From Mustelus asterias (Eukaryota): a stretch of 64,000 bases of DNA. Under the pieces are notes generated by a model. That model did not search any database. It saw only the letters and a program-made list of their open reading frames with translations, and was not told the origin of the DNA. Location of the stretch: the NCBI RefSeq assembly GCF_964213995.1, contig NC_135808.1, forward strand, positions 34,472,001 to 34,536,000, given 5' to 3'. A program made the translations under genes and the position numbers. Below are positions 12,158 through 22,970 of the stretch, one piece after another (position 1 is the stretch's first letter; the number at the start of each line of letters is the position of its first letter).

Positions 12158-12784
12158 TTCTGTTGGTTAGCCAGTCCTCTATCCAAGCTAATACATTACC
12201 CCCAACCACATGGGATCTTACCTTGTGCATTAATCTCCCGTGTGGCACCTTATCAAATGCCTTCTGGAAGTCCAAATATACTGCATTGATAGTACACCCA
12301 TTATCCACTTTGCTTGTTTCATCTTCGAAGAACTCTAGCAAATAACTCAAACATGATTTACACTTCATAAAACCATACGAACTCTGATGGATTGCGTTTT
12401 GACTTTCCAAATGTCCTGTACTACTTCCTTAATAATGGATCCCAAAAACATTCCAATGACAGGTGTTAAACTAACTGATCTACAGTTTCCTACTTTCTGC
12501 CTTTCTCCCTTTTTGAACATCAGCCTTTTTGCAATCCTCTGGAACATTTCCAGAATTCAGGGAATTTTGGAATATTATAACAAATGCCTTCACTATCTCT
12601 GTTGCCACTTCCTTTATGACCCTAGGTTAGGCCATCTAACCCTGGGGACTTGCCTGCCTTTAATCCCAATGATTTGCTCAGAATTTTTGTAATGGCTATT
12701 GTTTGAAGTTCGTCCTTTTCAACAACCTCTACATTAACTTTTATTGTTGGGCTGGTGAAAACCGAGGCAAAATATTGATTTAGT

Positions 12785-12910
12785 GGGCGGGATTCCCTGG
12801 CCACGCTCGCCTCAAAACCGGAGAATCTCACCCGAGGTCAATGGACCTTTGCATGGTCCGCCCCTGCCCGCTGCAATTCCCATGGTGGGCGGGACAGGAA
12901 AATTCCGGCC
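12785..12910. mobile_element. Harbinger-like MITE
   Basis: Imperfect TIRs gggcgggatt / aattccggcc and 3-bp TSD AGT. Removing the insert restores the CR1 sequence gatttAGTgtctc. Confidence 0.75.
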
Positions 12911-13369
12911 AGTGTCTCTGCTATTTCTGTTCCCCTTTAATAATTCCCCAGCATTTTCCTTTAAGGGACCAAATTTGACTTTCGCTACTCTCTTCCTTTT
13001 TATATGCTTATAGAATCTTTTGCTATCCATTTTTATATTTTGCACTATATTTCTTTCATATTTTACCTTTGCTCTTCTTATTACTTTTTTAGTAACCCTC
13101 TGTTGGCCTTTAAAGGTTTCCCAATCTTCCAACTTGCCACTAACCTTTCCAATAAGGTATGCCTTAGTTTTGGTCTTTATGTTATCTTTAACCTCCTTGT
13201 TTAGCCACAAAAGCATTTTCCCCTTCTTACAATCTTTCTTCCTCTCTGGAATATATTTTAATTGGCAGGAATTGAATATCTCCTTAAATATTTGCCATTG
13301 TTCATCAACTGTCCTAACTTTTGTCTTTGTGTCCAGTTCACGAGGGCCAAATCTGTCCCCATGGGAATT

Positions 13370-14420
13370 ATAAGAACATTAGCAACAGGAGTTGGCTGTT
13401 CGGCCCCTTGAGCCTGTTCCACCATTCGATAGGATTATGGCTGATCTGATGTGAGCTTCCACTTCAGACTCATGTATACCCCAGGCTCCTTTGTTAGTCA
13501 GGAATCTATCTACCACTGCCTCAACAATACTCATTGATCCTGCTTCCACTGTTCTCCAGGAAAGAGAGTTCCAAAGGCATCACCCTGCCAAGTCCCTTCA
13601 GAACCATATATGTTTCAAGAAAATTACAGCTCATTCTTCTAAATTCCAATGGATACAGACTCTAGTCTGCCTAACCTTTCCTCATAAGATAATCTCCCCC
13701 CATTCCAGGTATCAATCCAGTGAAACTTCTCTATATTGCTTCTAACACATTTATATCCTTTCTTAAATAAAAGACCAAAACTGTACACAGTACTCCAGAT
13801 GTGCTCTCACCTCTGCCTTGGATAACTGTGGAAAAACATTCCTATTCCAATTCCCTTGCAATAAACATTTGTCTTTCTAATCACGTGCTGTACCTGCAGA
13901 CTGATCTTTCCTGATTCATGTCCCAGAACACATGTACAGATTCCTCTGTACCTCAGAGTTCTGCAATCTCTCTCCATTTAAATAACATGCAGCTTTTCTA
14001 CTCTTCCTGCCAAAGTGAACAAGTTCACATTTTCCCACATTATACTACTTCTGCTAAGTTTTGCTCATCAATTAACCTGTCTATGTCCCTTTGCAAACTC
14101 TTTATGTCCGCTTCACAACTTACTTGCCTACCTATCTTTGTGTTGTCAGCAAATTTAGTAACCATACATTCAGTCTCTTCATCCACGTTATTGGTATACA
14201 TTGTAATCAGTTGATGCCCCAGCACTGATCCCCGTGGCACTCCACTCATCACATCCTGCCAACCAGAAAAATGACCCATTTCTGCCTACTCTCTGCTTCC
14301 TGTTAGCCAGCCAATCCTCTTTCCATGCTGATATGTTACCCCCTACACCATGAGCTCTTATTTTGTCCTGTGGCACTGTGTCAAATGCCTTCTGGAAATC
14401 TGCATATAGTGCATCCACAG
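13370..14420 (-). mobile_element. Old CR1 3' fragment
   Basis: ORF pieces DFQKAFDTVP, SGVPRGSVLG and KFADNTKIG. Confidence 0.85.
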
Positions 14421-14487
14421 GTGTTTAATTACCAATCCTCCAAACACTTGGTCCATTGGCACACTTCAACACATGAATCAAGACAGT

Positions 14488-15488
14488 GGGCGGAATTCGC
14501 CCCAAAAAATTCTAAGTGTTGAATACACGGGGAAACTGGTGTAAATCCCGATTATTTTTTCAGTGGGAGTTCACACTAGAATCTTCCACACTCTGTGCAA
14601 TGCAGAGGCCACCAACATGATTGTTATTAAATTTCAGGGGACGGGGCCTATTCCTGCCCGGGAGGCTGAAACCAGCAGGCCTCTGCGCATGCACAGTGGC
14701 CCCGAACTGTCAGCCTCCCGTTTGCTGGCCAGCTCGGGACCCCCTTAGTGCTGCCCCCCTCAACCCTCCCACGACCCAATCACAGCCCCCTCCCCGACCA
14801 TTCCCAGCCCCCCGTCCCAGACTGCCACGATCTCCAACGCCCCCCCAATGCTGAAAATCCCCCCCACTTCCCCCGCAGACACCCCCACAGGCAGACCCCT
14901 CCCCCGACAGAACCCACCCCCAGTAGATACCAACCCCCGTCCACCCTGGTCTCTGGCCTCCCTCCTGCCCCCAATGCAAAGTGGCTGCAAGACCCCCCCA
15001 ACCCCTACGTGGGCCTGGCCCATGATAGGACCCACCACCGTGGCACTACCCGCAGTGCCAAGATGCCCCCTGGGCATGGACACCTTGCCCTTGAGCAGTG
15101 CTAGGAGGACCAGGCTGGCACTGCCAGGGTGTCCATGCCCTGGAGGCACCAGTCCCCCACTGCCTGACCCCCTGGGGGAGCCCCGATTGCATCCCGCTTC
15201 ATTCCAGTGGGGTTGGGCCACTTGTTCCCCAAAAGTTGGTAACTCGTGCAAACCCCGCTTGAGTGAAAGAGAATTCAGTCCTGGGCCCATTAATCTCATT
15301 TAAACTGGAGGGAAATTATTATTTAAATCATTTCCGTGTCTCCCCACCGATTTCTGGTGCAGGGCAGACCGTGCCAAAATCCCAGCGCTGGGAGACGCAA
15401 GTGCAGCACAAATGCTCGCGCGAACCCCACAAATCGGCCAACTTGCAATTCTCCTGGCCTGCTCCCGCAGGATGGGAGAATCACAGCC
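14488..15488. mobile_element. Non-autonomous Harbinger-like element (~1 kb, GC-rich)
   Basis: Termini gggcggaattc / gaatcacagcc with AGT on both sides. Internal sequence is related to 58343-59190 and 59945-60543. Confidence 0.75.
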
Positions 15489-15819
15489 AGTGTCTTGTGC
15501 TAACGGTGGGTCAGCCAGTATTTCAGCTCAATGTCCCATCTTGGTCACTTCAGAGACTGTCTAGCACCTTGAGTTTCTGGGTAAAATCACTGTCCTGGGT
15601 CTGCTAGGGAGACACTGGATGGAAAGTTGATTTGACAGAGGTGCTTTTATGTTAATGCAAGGTCCCATTAGTCTGTTTCCTGTTCAGGCACTCGTTGGTG
15701 AAGGAGGAATTGGGGCCAATTTTTACACACCTTTATATTTACACAGCTACACATTATAAGCAATGTAAATAAGCACAATTTCAATCTGTGTCTATTGGGA
15801 TTCAAGTGAATCCCCAATT

Positions 15820-16805
15820 TTTAAATATTCATTCCTGGGATGTGGGCATTGCTGGCTCAGCCAGCATTTATTATCCATCCCTAATTATCCCTAAACTGAA
15901 TGACTTGCTAGGCATGTAAACCACATTGCTGTGGATCTGAAGTCACTTGTAGGCCAGACCTGATAAGAATCATAGAATCCTACAGTGCAGAAAGAGGCCA
16001 TTCGGCCCATCGAGTCTGCACCAACCACAATCCCACCCAGGCCCTATCCACATATCATAGAAACCCTACAGTGCAGAAGGAGGCCATTCGGCCCATCGAG
16101 TCTGCACCGACCACAATCCCACCCAGGCCCTACCCCCACATATTTTACCCGCTAATCCCACTAACCTACGAATCTCAGGACTCTCAGGGGCAATTTTTAA
16201 CCTGGCCAATCAACCTAACCCGCACATCTTTGGACTGTGGGAGGAAACCGGAGCACCCGGAGGAAACCCACGCAGACACGAGTAGAATGTGCAAACTCCA
16301 CTGCTGTGAAGCAGCAGTGCTAACCACTGTGCTACCGTGCCGCCCCTATCCCTACATATTTACCCACTAACCCCTCTAACCTATGCATCCTGGGACACTA
16401 AGGGGCAATTTAGCATGGCCAATTAACCTAACCCGCACATCTTTGGACTGTGGGAGGAAACCGGAGCACCCGGAGGAAACCCAAGAGGAGAATGCGCAAA
16501 CTCCACACAGACAGTGACCCGAGCCGGGAATCGAACCCAGGTCCCTGGAGCTGTGAAGCAGCAGTGCTAACCACTGTGCCGGCGACACGTCCCATAACGA
16601 CAGCAGATTTCGTCCCCTAAAGCACATTAGTGGACCAGATGGGTTTTTCCGACAATCGAAAATGGTTCCATGGTCATCATAAGACCTTTAATTCCAGATT
16701 TTTATTGAATTCAAATTTCACCATCTGCCGTGGTGGGATTTGAACCCAGAGCATTACCTTGCGTCTCTGGATTACTAGCCCAGTGACAATACCACTGTGC
16801 CATCA
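15820..16805 (-). mobile_element. tRNA-headed SINE-like element split by nested HE1-like SINE copies (15968-16583)
   Basis: Head at 16600-16805 and body/tail at 15820-15965 flank two to three nested V-SINE pieces. Confidence 0.75.
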
Positions 16806-16861
16806 CTTCTCTGGAAATGTCCATAATCTGCATGCAATTAAATACAATTAATATCAGTGGT

Positions 16862-17057
16862 GTGGAGGTCCTGTGGTGCAGTCTAACCACTGAACCAGAA
16901 GCTCCGGGTTCGAGTTCAACGCCAGGACTTGTTCGCCACGGCTGGAGAGTTCAACGGCTGATAATCAACTTGGAAGTTCTTCCACTACTTCCCCCCACTA
17001 TTCCCCAAAGAGCAAAAAACATTTTATGGACGTGAAGATACGCTAAACATACAAAAC
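16862..17057 (+). mobile_element. Short tRNA-derived SINE (distinct family)
   Basis: A-box-like tggtgcagtc, B-box gggttcgagt, A/C-rich tail and 11-bp TSD ATATCAGTGGT (16851-16861, 17058-17068). Confidence 0.75.
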
Positions 17058-17775
17058 ATATCAGTGGTCCCATACAACACCACCAAAAGATTCACATAAA
17101 TTGGCTGCTGGATTTTTCAATATTGGATGGGTGGCTAACCTTCAAAAATGATTCACTAAGTGGGAATGTGAATGTAATAAACACCTTACAAATGAATATT
17201 CGATATTAATATAGTAGCACTGGAAAGCACAGGTACAATCTGGTGTGGGGTCAGACTAGAATTAATATGAGGAGTGTCTTCCAGGGTGTGCTTCAGTTAT
17301 AGTACATGCAGGGCCTGGAAATTGTTTACTGCCGAGCCCCTCAGGCTGCAGGCCCCACATGGAATACACATTGCGAATGGCAGCAACTTTGAAATTGTAT
17401 CGAGGCACCTGAGAGTGGGACATGCTATTCTATTCACAATAGAAGTGAATTCTATTGCACTTCCTTAATATTCAATTTGAAATGTTTTGCTCTCAGCCTG
17501 TATGCCTGATACGGAAATGTATTCTGTAAATATCGAGAATATTAAAATTGTATAGAGTCAAAACAGTTTAATTTTATTGTACTTTCTGTAATTTTCAATG
17601 CAAATATTTTGTAATTACGTTAATAAATGACGTATATTTTTGGACAAGCAGATGGAGTGGGGTGAGGTTATTAACAGTGACTGGAACATTCTAACATTAC
17701 TACAGACAACAACACAGCAATGCTCTTAGGGTTACTCTTGACAGGGTAACATTTTATTATGAGTTATCATGGGTT

Positions 17776-17902
17776 GGAAAGTCCCAAGAACAGAAACCAG
17801 TGCTGCAGAGGCCAGAAATACAGGACACGCAACTACAAACCAAGTCAAAGCCCAAATTGGCCAATTAGAATTCAGCTTTCTGTAGGGTCAGCTGTCTCTG
17901 GG
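17776..17902 (-). promoter_or_regulatory. Inverted MHC class II-type X-Y module plus NF-kB site
   Basis: Minus strand: X CCCAGAGACAGCTG (17902-17889), 20-nt spacer, Y CTAATTGGCC (17868-17859), and GGGACTTTCC at 17785-17776. Confidence 0.75.
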
Positions 17903-18973
17903 TGAAGGTGTTGGAATGGTAGTTGTTTTTCTCCATAGAGTAATAGTGCCCCAGCACCCTCTGGTAACACAGTCATGAACTACATCACACCCGCTGGACT
18001 GCAAAGTTAGAGGAATGGTTAGGATTTAGGATGGGCTATAGACAGCACAGTGCCTCTGTTTGGAGGATACTGAGAGGGCAAAAGACACTCAGCAGTCACC
18101 CCTCCCTCACGGTTTGCCTCTATACTAGTGAATAGGTGAAGACCACAGAATCTGAGATAGAGGAAGGTGGCATATTCACAGTGATGGATGTAGGGTTTCA
18201 ATAGATTGAAAGCAATGCTTCTGGATTGTAGGAAGAGATGATGTGGAGATGCCGGTGTTGAACTGGGGTAAACACAGTAAGAAGTCTCACAATGCCAGGT
18301 TAAAGTCCAACAGGTTTATTTGGTAGCACAAGCACAAGCTTTCAGAGCGCTGTTCCTTCATCAGGTGAGTGGGACTTCTGTTCACAAACAGGGTATATAA
18401 AGACACAAACTCATTTTACAAAATAATGGTTGGAATGCGAGTCTTTACAGGTAATCAAGTCTTAAAGGTACAGGCAATGTGAGTGGAGAGAGGGTTAAGT
18501 ACAGGTTAAAGAGATGTGTATTGTCTCCAGCCAGGATAGTTAGTGAGATTTTGCAAGCCCAGGCATCTCCCTAGGCATGGTACATTGGGGAGACCATGCA
18601 GACGCTACGACAACGGATGAATGAACACCGCTCGACAATCACCAGGCCAGAGTGTTCTCTTCCTGTTGGGGAACACTTCAGCGGTCACGGGCATTCGCTC
18701 TCTGATCTTCGGGTAAGCGTTCTCCAAGGCAGCCTTCACGACACACGACAATGCAGAGTCGCTGAGCAGAGACTGATAGCCAAGTTCCGCATACATGAGG
18801 ACAGCCTCAACCGGGATCTTGGGTTCATGTCACACTATCTGTAACCCCCACAACTTGCTTGGGCTTGCAAAATCTCACTAACTGTCTTGTCTGGAGACAA
18901 TACACATCTCTTTAACCTGTGCTTAACCCTCTCTCCACTCACATTGTCTGTACCTTTAAGACTTGATTACCTT

Positions 18974-19116
18974 GTGAGGGAGTGCTGCTCGGGCTGCAGT
19001 GGAGAGTGACAGTTGGTGTCTCAGTGAGGGAGTGCTGCTCGGGCTGCAGTGGAGAGTGACAGTTGGTGTCTCAGTGAGGGAGTGCTGCTCGGGCTGCAGT
19101 GGAGAGTGACAGTTGG
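18974..19116 (+). repeat. 50-bp tandem monomers in the CR1 5'UTR (~2.9 identical copies)
   Basis: gtgagggagtgctgctcgggctgcagtggagagtgacagttggtgtctca starts at 18974, 19024 and 19074. Confidence 0.95.
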
Positions 19117-19170
19117 GGAAGTGTGGGGAAGTTGTTTTTTTTTTTTTCTTTTCTTTTTTTCTTGCTGGTA

Positions 19171-20100
19171 ATGGCTTCAGGGATGGCAGTTCAGGCAGTA
19201 TGCTGCATCTCCTGTGGGATGTATGTGGTGAGGAAATCCAGTAGTGTTTCAGGAGATTTTAGTTGTAAGAAGTGCATTAGATTGCAGCTTCTGGAGGAGC
19301 GTGTAAAGGAGCTGGAGGGGGAGGTAGAGGAACTCCGCATAATTCGGGAGGCGGAGGTGGAAGTTGATAGGAGTTATAGAGAAATAGTAACTCCTAGAAA
19401 TGAGGCTTGGGTCAATGCCAGGAGGAGGGGTAAGAAGCAATCGGGAAGACAATCCCCTGGGGCGGTTCCCCTCCATAATAGGTTTTCGGTGCTGGAGGCT
19501 ACAGTTGAGGAGGAATCAACTGAGCATAGAGAGCAGATCTCTGGGGGTGAGCCGAGTGAGAAAGCTCAGGTGGTTAGGGGCTGTAAAAGACTGGGCCTTG
19601 TGATTGGGGACTCCACAATTAAGGGGACAGATAGGAGGGTCGGAACTAAAGGTAGGGACTCAGGGTTGGTGTGTTGCCTACCAGGGGCTGGGGTCCGGGA
19701 TGTGTCTGACAGGGTATTCAGGATTCTTAGGGGGGAGGGAGATAAACCACAAGTTATTGTACATGTGGGGACACACGACATAGGGAGGATAGGGGAAGGG
19801 GATATTAGGCAGGGATTTATGGAGTTGGGGTGGAAACTAAAGGCCAAGACTGACAGAGTGGTTATCTCTGGACTCTTGCCTGTACCACGGGATAGTTTAG
19901 AGAGGAATAGGGAGAGGGAAGGTTTGAATTCATGGCTGAGGGGATGGTGCAGGAGGGAGGGGTTCAGGTACTTAAGCAATTGGGGCTCGTACTGGGGAAG
20001 GTGTGACCTCTATGAGAAGGATGGTCTACACCTTAATCAGAAGGGGACCAATATCCTGGGGGGTAAATTTGCTAAGGCCATGCAAGGAGGTTTAAACTGA
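19171..20100 (+). CDS. CR1 ORF1 protein (Zn-finger, coiled coil, SGNH esterase-like domain)
   Basis: First ATG at 19171. CISC…CKKC, leucine-rich coil, then GDS, PGAG, VGTHD and DGLH blocks. Confidence 0.92.
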   Translation: MASGMAVQAVCCISCGMYVVRKSSSVSGDFSCKKCIRLQLLEERVKELEGEVEELRIIREAEVEVDRSYREIVTPRNEAWVNARRRGKKQSGRQSPGAVPLHNRFSVLEATVEEESTEHREQISGGEPSEKAQVVRGCKRLGLVIGDSTIKGTDRRVGTKGRDSGLVCCLPGAGVRDVSDRVFRILRGEGDKPQVIVHVGTHDIGRIGEGDIRQGFMELGWKLKAKTDRVVISGLLPVPRDSLERNREREGLNSWLRGWCRREGFRYLSNWGSYWGRCDLYEKDGLHLNQKGTNILGGKFAKAMQGGLN

Positions 20101-20150
20101 TTCGGGGGGGGGGAGGGATCCTGAGTAGTGGGGCTGAAAGTGAGGGATGC

Positions 20151-22970
20151 ATGGATGGGGACTGCAATGCACGGCATTGCAGAGGTGGGGTGGAGCAGGG
20201 TTTGAAATGTGTATACTTCAATGCCAGGAGTATTCGCAATAAAGTGGGTGAACTTGCAGCGTGGATCAGTACCTGGGACTTCGATGTTGTGGCTATTTCA
20301 GAGACATGGATAGAGCAGGGGCAGGAATGGATGCTGCAGGTCCCGGGGTTCAAATGTTTTAGTCGAAGTAGGGAAGGAGGTAGAAGAGGGGGAGGGGTAG
20401 CATTATTGGTCAGAGATTGTATCACAGTGTCAGAGAGGAGGTTTGATGAGGACTTATCTGTTGAGGTAGTATGGGCGGAGATTAGAAATAGGAGAGGAGA
20501 GGTCACCCTGTTGGGAGTCTTTTATAGACCTCCTAAAAGTTCTAGAGAGGTTGAGGAAAGGATTGCGGAGTCAATCCTGCTTAGGAGTGAAAGTAATAGG
20601 GCAATTGTTATGGGGGATTTTAACTTGACTAATATTGACTGGAATTGTTATAGCTCTAGCTCGTTAGAGGGGTCAGTTTTTGTTCAAAGCGTGCAGGAAG
20701 GTTTTTTGACTCAGTATGTAGACAGGCCAACTAGAGGTGAGGCTATATTGGATCTGGTGCTGGGAAATGAGCCAGACCAGGTGCTAGACTTGGAAGTTGG
20801 TGTGCATTTTGGTGATAGTGACCACAATTCGGTTACGTTCACCTTAGTGATGGAAAGGGATAGGCATGAACCTCGGGCCAGTGGTTTTAGCTGGGGGAAG
20901 GGTAATTATGAGGCTATTAGGAGAGAATTAGGAAACATAGGTTGGACTAGGAGATTACAGGGACTGGGAACGTCCGACATGTGGAGTTTTTTCAAGGAGC
21001 AGCTACTGCGAGTCTGTGATAGGTATGTCCCTGTCAGGCAAGGAGGAATTGGTAGGGCTAGGGAACCGTGGTGCACCAAAAAAGTTTCTTTGTTGGTTAA
21101 AAAGAAAAAGGAGGCTTATGTTCGGATGAGACGTGAGCACTCGGGTAGTGCACTAGAAAGCTTTAGATTGGCTAAGAGGGAGTTGAAGAGCGAGCTTAGA
21201 AGGGCTAAAAGGGGACATGAGAAGACTTTGGCGGATAGGGTTAAAGAGAATCCTAAGGCGTTCTATAGGTATGTCAAGAACAGAAGGTTGGTTAGGGCAA
21301 GTTTAGGGCCAGTTATAGATGGCAGAGGGAAGTTATGTGTGGAACCGGAGGAGATTGGTGAAGCATTGAACCAATATTTCTCTTCGGTGTTCACGCAAGG
21401 GGACATGAATATAGCTGAGGAGGACACTGGGTTGCAAGGGAGTAGAATAGACAGTATTACAGTTGATAAGGAGGATGTGCAGGATATTCTGGAGGGTCTG
21501 AAAATAGATAAATCCCCTGGTCCGGATGGGATTTATCCAAGGATTCTCTGGGAGGCAAGAGAAGTGATTGCAGAGCCTCTGGCTCTGATCTTCAGGTCGT
21601 CGTTGGCCTCTGGTATAGTACCAGAAGATTGGAGGTTAGCGAATGTTGTCCCATTGTTTAAGAAGGGGAACAGAGACTTCCCCGGGAATTATAGACCGGT
21701 GAGTCTCACTTCTGTTGTCGGCAAGATGTTGGAAAAAATTATAAGGGATAGGATTTATAGTTATTTGGAGAGTAATGAATTGATAGGTGATAGTCAGCAT
21801 GGTTTTGTGGCAGGTAGGTCGTGCCTTACTAACCTTATTGAGTTTTTTGAGAAAGTGACCAAGGAGGTGGATGGGGGCAAGGCAGTGGACGTGGTATATA
21901 TGGATTTTAGTAAGGCGTTTGATAAGGTTCACCATGGTAGGCTTCTGCAGAAAATGCAGATGTATGGGATTGGGGGTGATCTAGGAAATTGGATCAGGAA
22001 TTGGCTAGCGGATAGGAAACAGAGGGTGGTGGTTGATAGTAAATATTCATCATGGAGTGCGGTTACAAGTGGTGTACCTCAGGGATCTGTTTTGGGGCCA
22101 CTGCTGTTTGTAATATTTATTAATGATCTGGATGAGGGTATAGTTGGGTGGATTAGCAAATTTGCTGATGACACCAAAGTCGGTGGTGTGGTAGACAGTG
22201 AGGAAGGGTGTCGTAGTTTGCAGGAAGACTTAGACAGGTTGCAAAGTTGGGCCGAGAGGTGGCGGATGGAGTTTAATGCGGAGAAGTGTGAGGTAATTCA
22301 CTTTGGTAGGAATAACAGATGTGTTGAGTATAGGGCTAACGGGAGGACTTTGAATAGTGTGGAGGAGCAGAGGGATCTAGGTGTATGTGTGCATAGATCC
22401 CTGAAAGTTGGGAATCAAGTAGATAAGGTTGTTAAGAAGGCATATGGTGTCTTGGCGTTTATTGGTAGGGGGATTGAATTTAGGAGTCGTAGCGTTATGT
22501 TGCAACTGTACACAACTCTGGTGCGGCCGCACTTGGAGTACTGTGTGCAGTTCTGGTCCCCACATTACAGGAAGGATGTGGAGGCTTTGGAGAGGGTGCA
22601 GAGGAGGTTTACCAGGATGTTGCCTGGTATGGAGGGGAGATCCTATGAGGAGAGGCTGAGGGATTTGGGATTGTTTTCGCTGGAAAGGCGGCGGCTAAGA
22701 GGGGATCTTATTGAAACATATAAGATGATTAGAGGTTTAGATAGGGTGGATAGTGATAGCCTTTTTCCTCTGATGGAGAAATCCAGCACGAGGGGGCATG
22801 GCTTTAAATTGAGGGGGGGTAGTTATAGAACCGATGTCAGGGGTAGGTTCTTTACCCAGAGGGTGGTGAGGGATTGGAATGCCCTGCCAGCATCAGTAGT
22901 AAATGCGCCTAGTTTGGGGGCGTTTAAGAGATCCGTAGATAGGTTCATGGACGAAAAGAAATTGGTTTAG
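20151..22970 (+). CDS. CR1 ORF2 protein (APE endonuclease + reverse transcriptase), 939 aa
   Basis: YFNARS, ISETW, MGDFN and DSDH endonuclease motifs; GVPQGSVLGP and FADD RT motifs; uninterrupted frame. Confidence 0.97.
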   Translation: MDGDCNARHCRGGVEQGLKCVYFNARSIRNKVGELAAWISTWDFDVVAISETWIEQGQEWMLQVPGFKCFSRSREGGRRGGGVALLVRDCITVSERRFDEDLSVEVVWAEIRNRRGEVTLLGVFYRPPKSSREVEERIAESILLRSESNRAIVMGDFNLTNIDWNCYSSSSLEGSVFVQSVQEGFLTQYVDRPTRGEAILDLVLGNEPDQVLDLEVGVHFGDSDHNSVTFTLVMERDRHEPRASGFSWGKGNYEAIRRELGNIGWTRRLQGLGTSDMWSFFKEQLLRVCDRYVPVRQGGIGRAREPWCTKKVSLLVKKKKEAYVRMRREHSGSALESFRLAKRELKSELRRAKRGHEKTLADRVKENPKAFYRYVKNRRLVRASLGPVIDGRGKLCVEPEEIGEALNQYFSSVFTQGDMNIAEEDTGLQGSRIDSITVDKEDVQDILEGLKIDKSPGPDGIYPRILWEAREVIAEPLALIFRSSLASGIVPEDWRLANVVPLFKKGNRDFPGNYRPVSLTSVVGKMLEKIIRDRIYSYLESNELIGDSQHGFVAGRSCLTNLIEFFEKVTKEVDGGKAVDVVYMDFSKAFDKVHHGRLLQKMQMYGIGGDLGNWIRNWLADRKQRVVVDSKYSSWSAVTSGVPQGSVLGPLLFVIFINDLDEGIVGWISKFADDTKVGGVVDSEEGCRSLQEDLDRLQSWAERWRMEFNAEKCEVIHFGRNNRCVEYRANGRTLNSVEEQRDLGVCVHRSLKVGNQVDKVVKKAYGVLAFIGRGIEFRSRSVMLQLYTTLVRPHLEYCVQFWSPHYRKDVEALERVQRRFTRMLPGMEGRSYEERLRDLGLFSLERRRLRGDLIETYKMIRGLDRVDSDSLFPLMEKSSTRGHGFKLRGGSYRTDVRGRFFTQRVVRDWNALPASVVNAPSLGAFKRSVDRFMDEKKLV

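Larger units (their letters stand above)
10975..13370 (-). mobile_element. Degenerate CR1 ORF2 fragment, interrupted by a Penelope insert and a MITE
   Basis: Minus-strand pieces SGVPQGAVLG, YLDFQKAFDKVPH and KSPGLDG. Confidence 0.9.

Noticed and set aside
19099-19170. ORF1 start given by the ORF track, with a poly-Phe N-terminus
   Set aside because: It is a GTG start in the 5'UTR crossing a T-tract. The first ATG is 19171, close to where the paralogous ORF1 begins.
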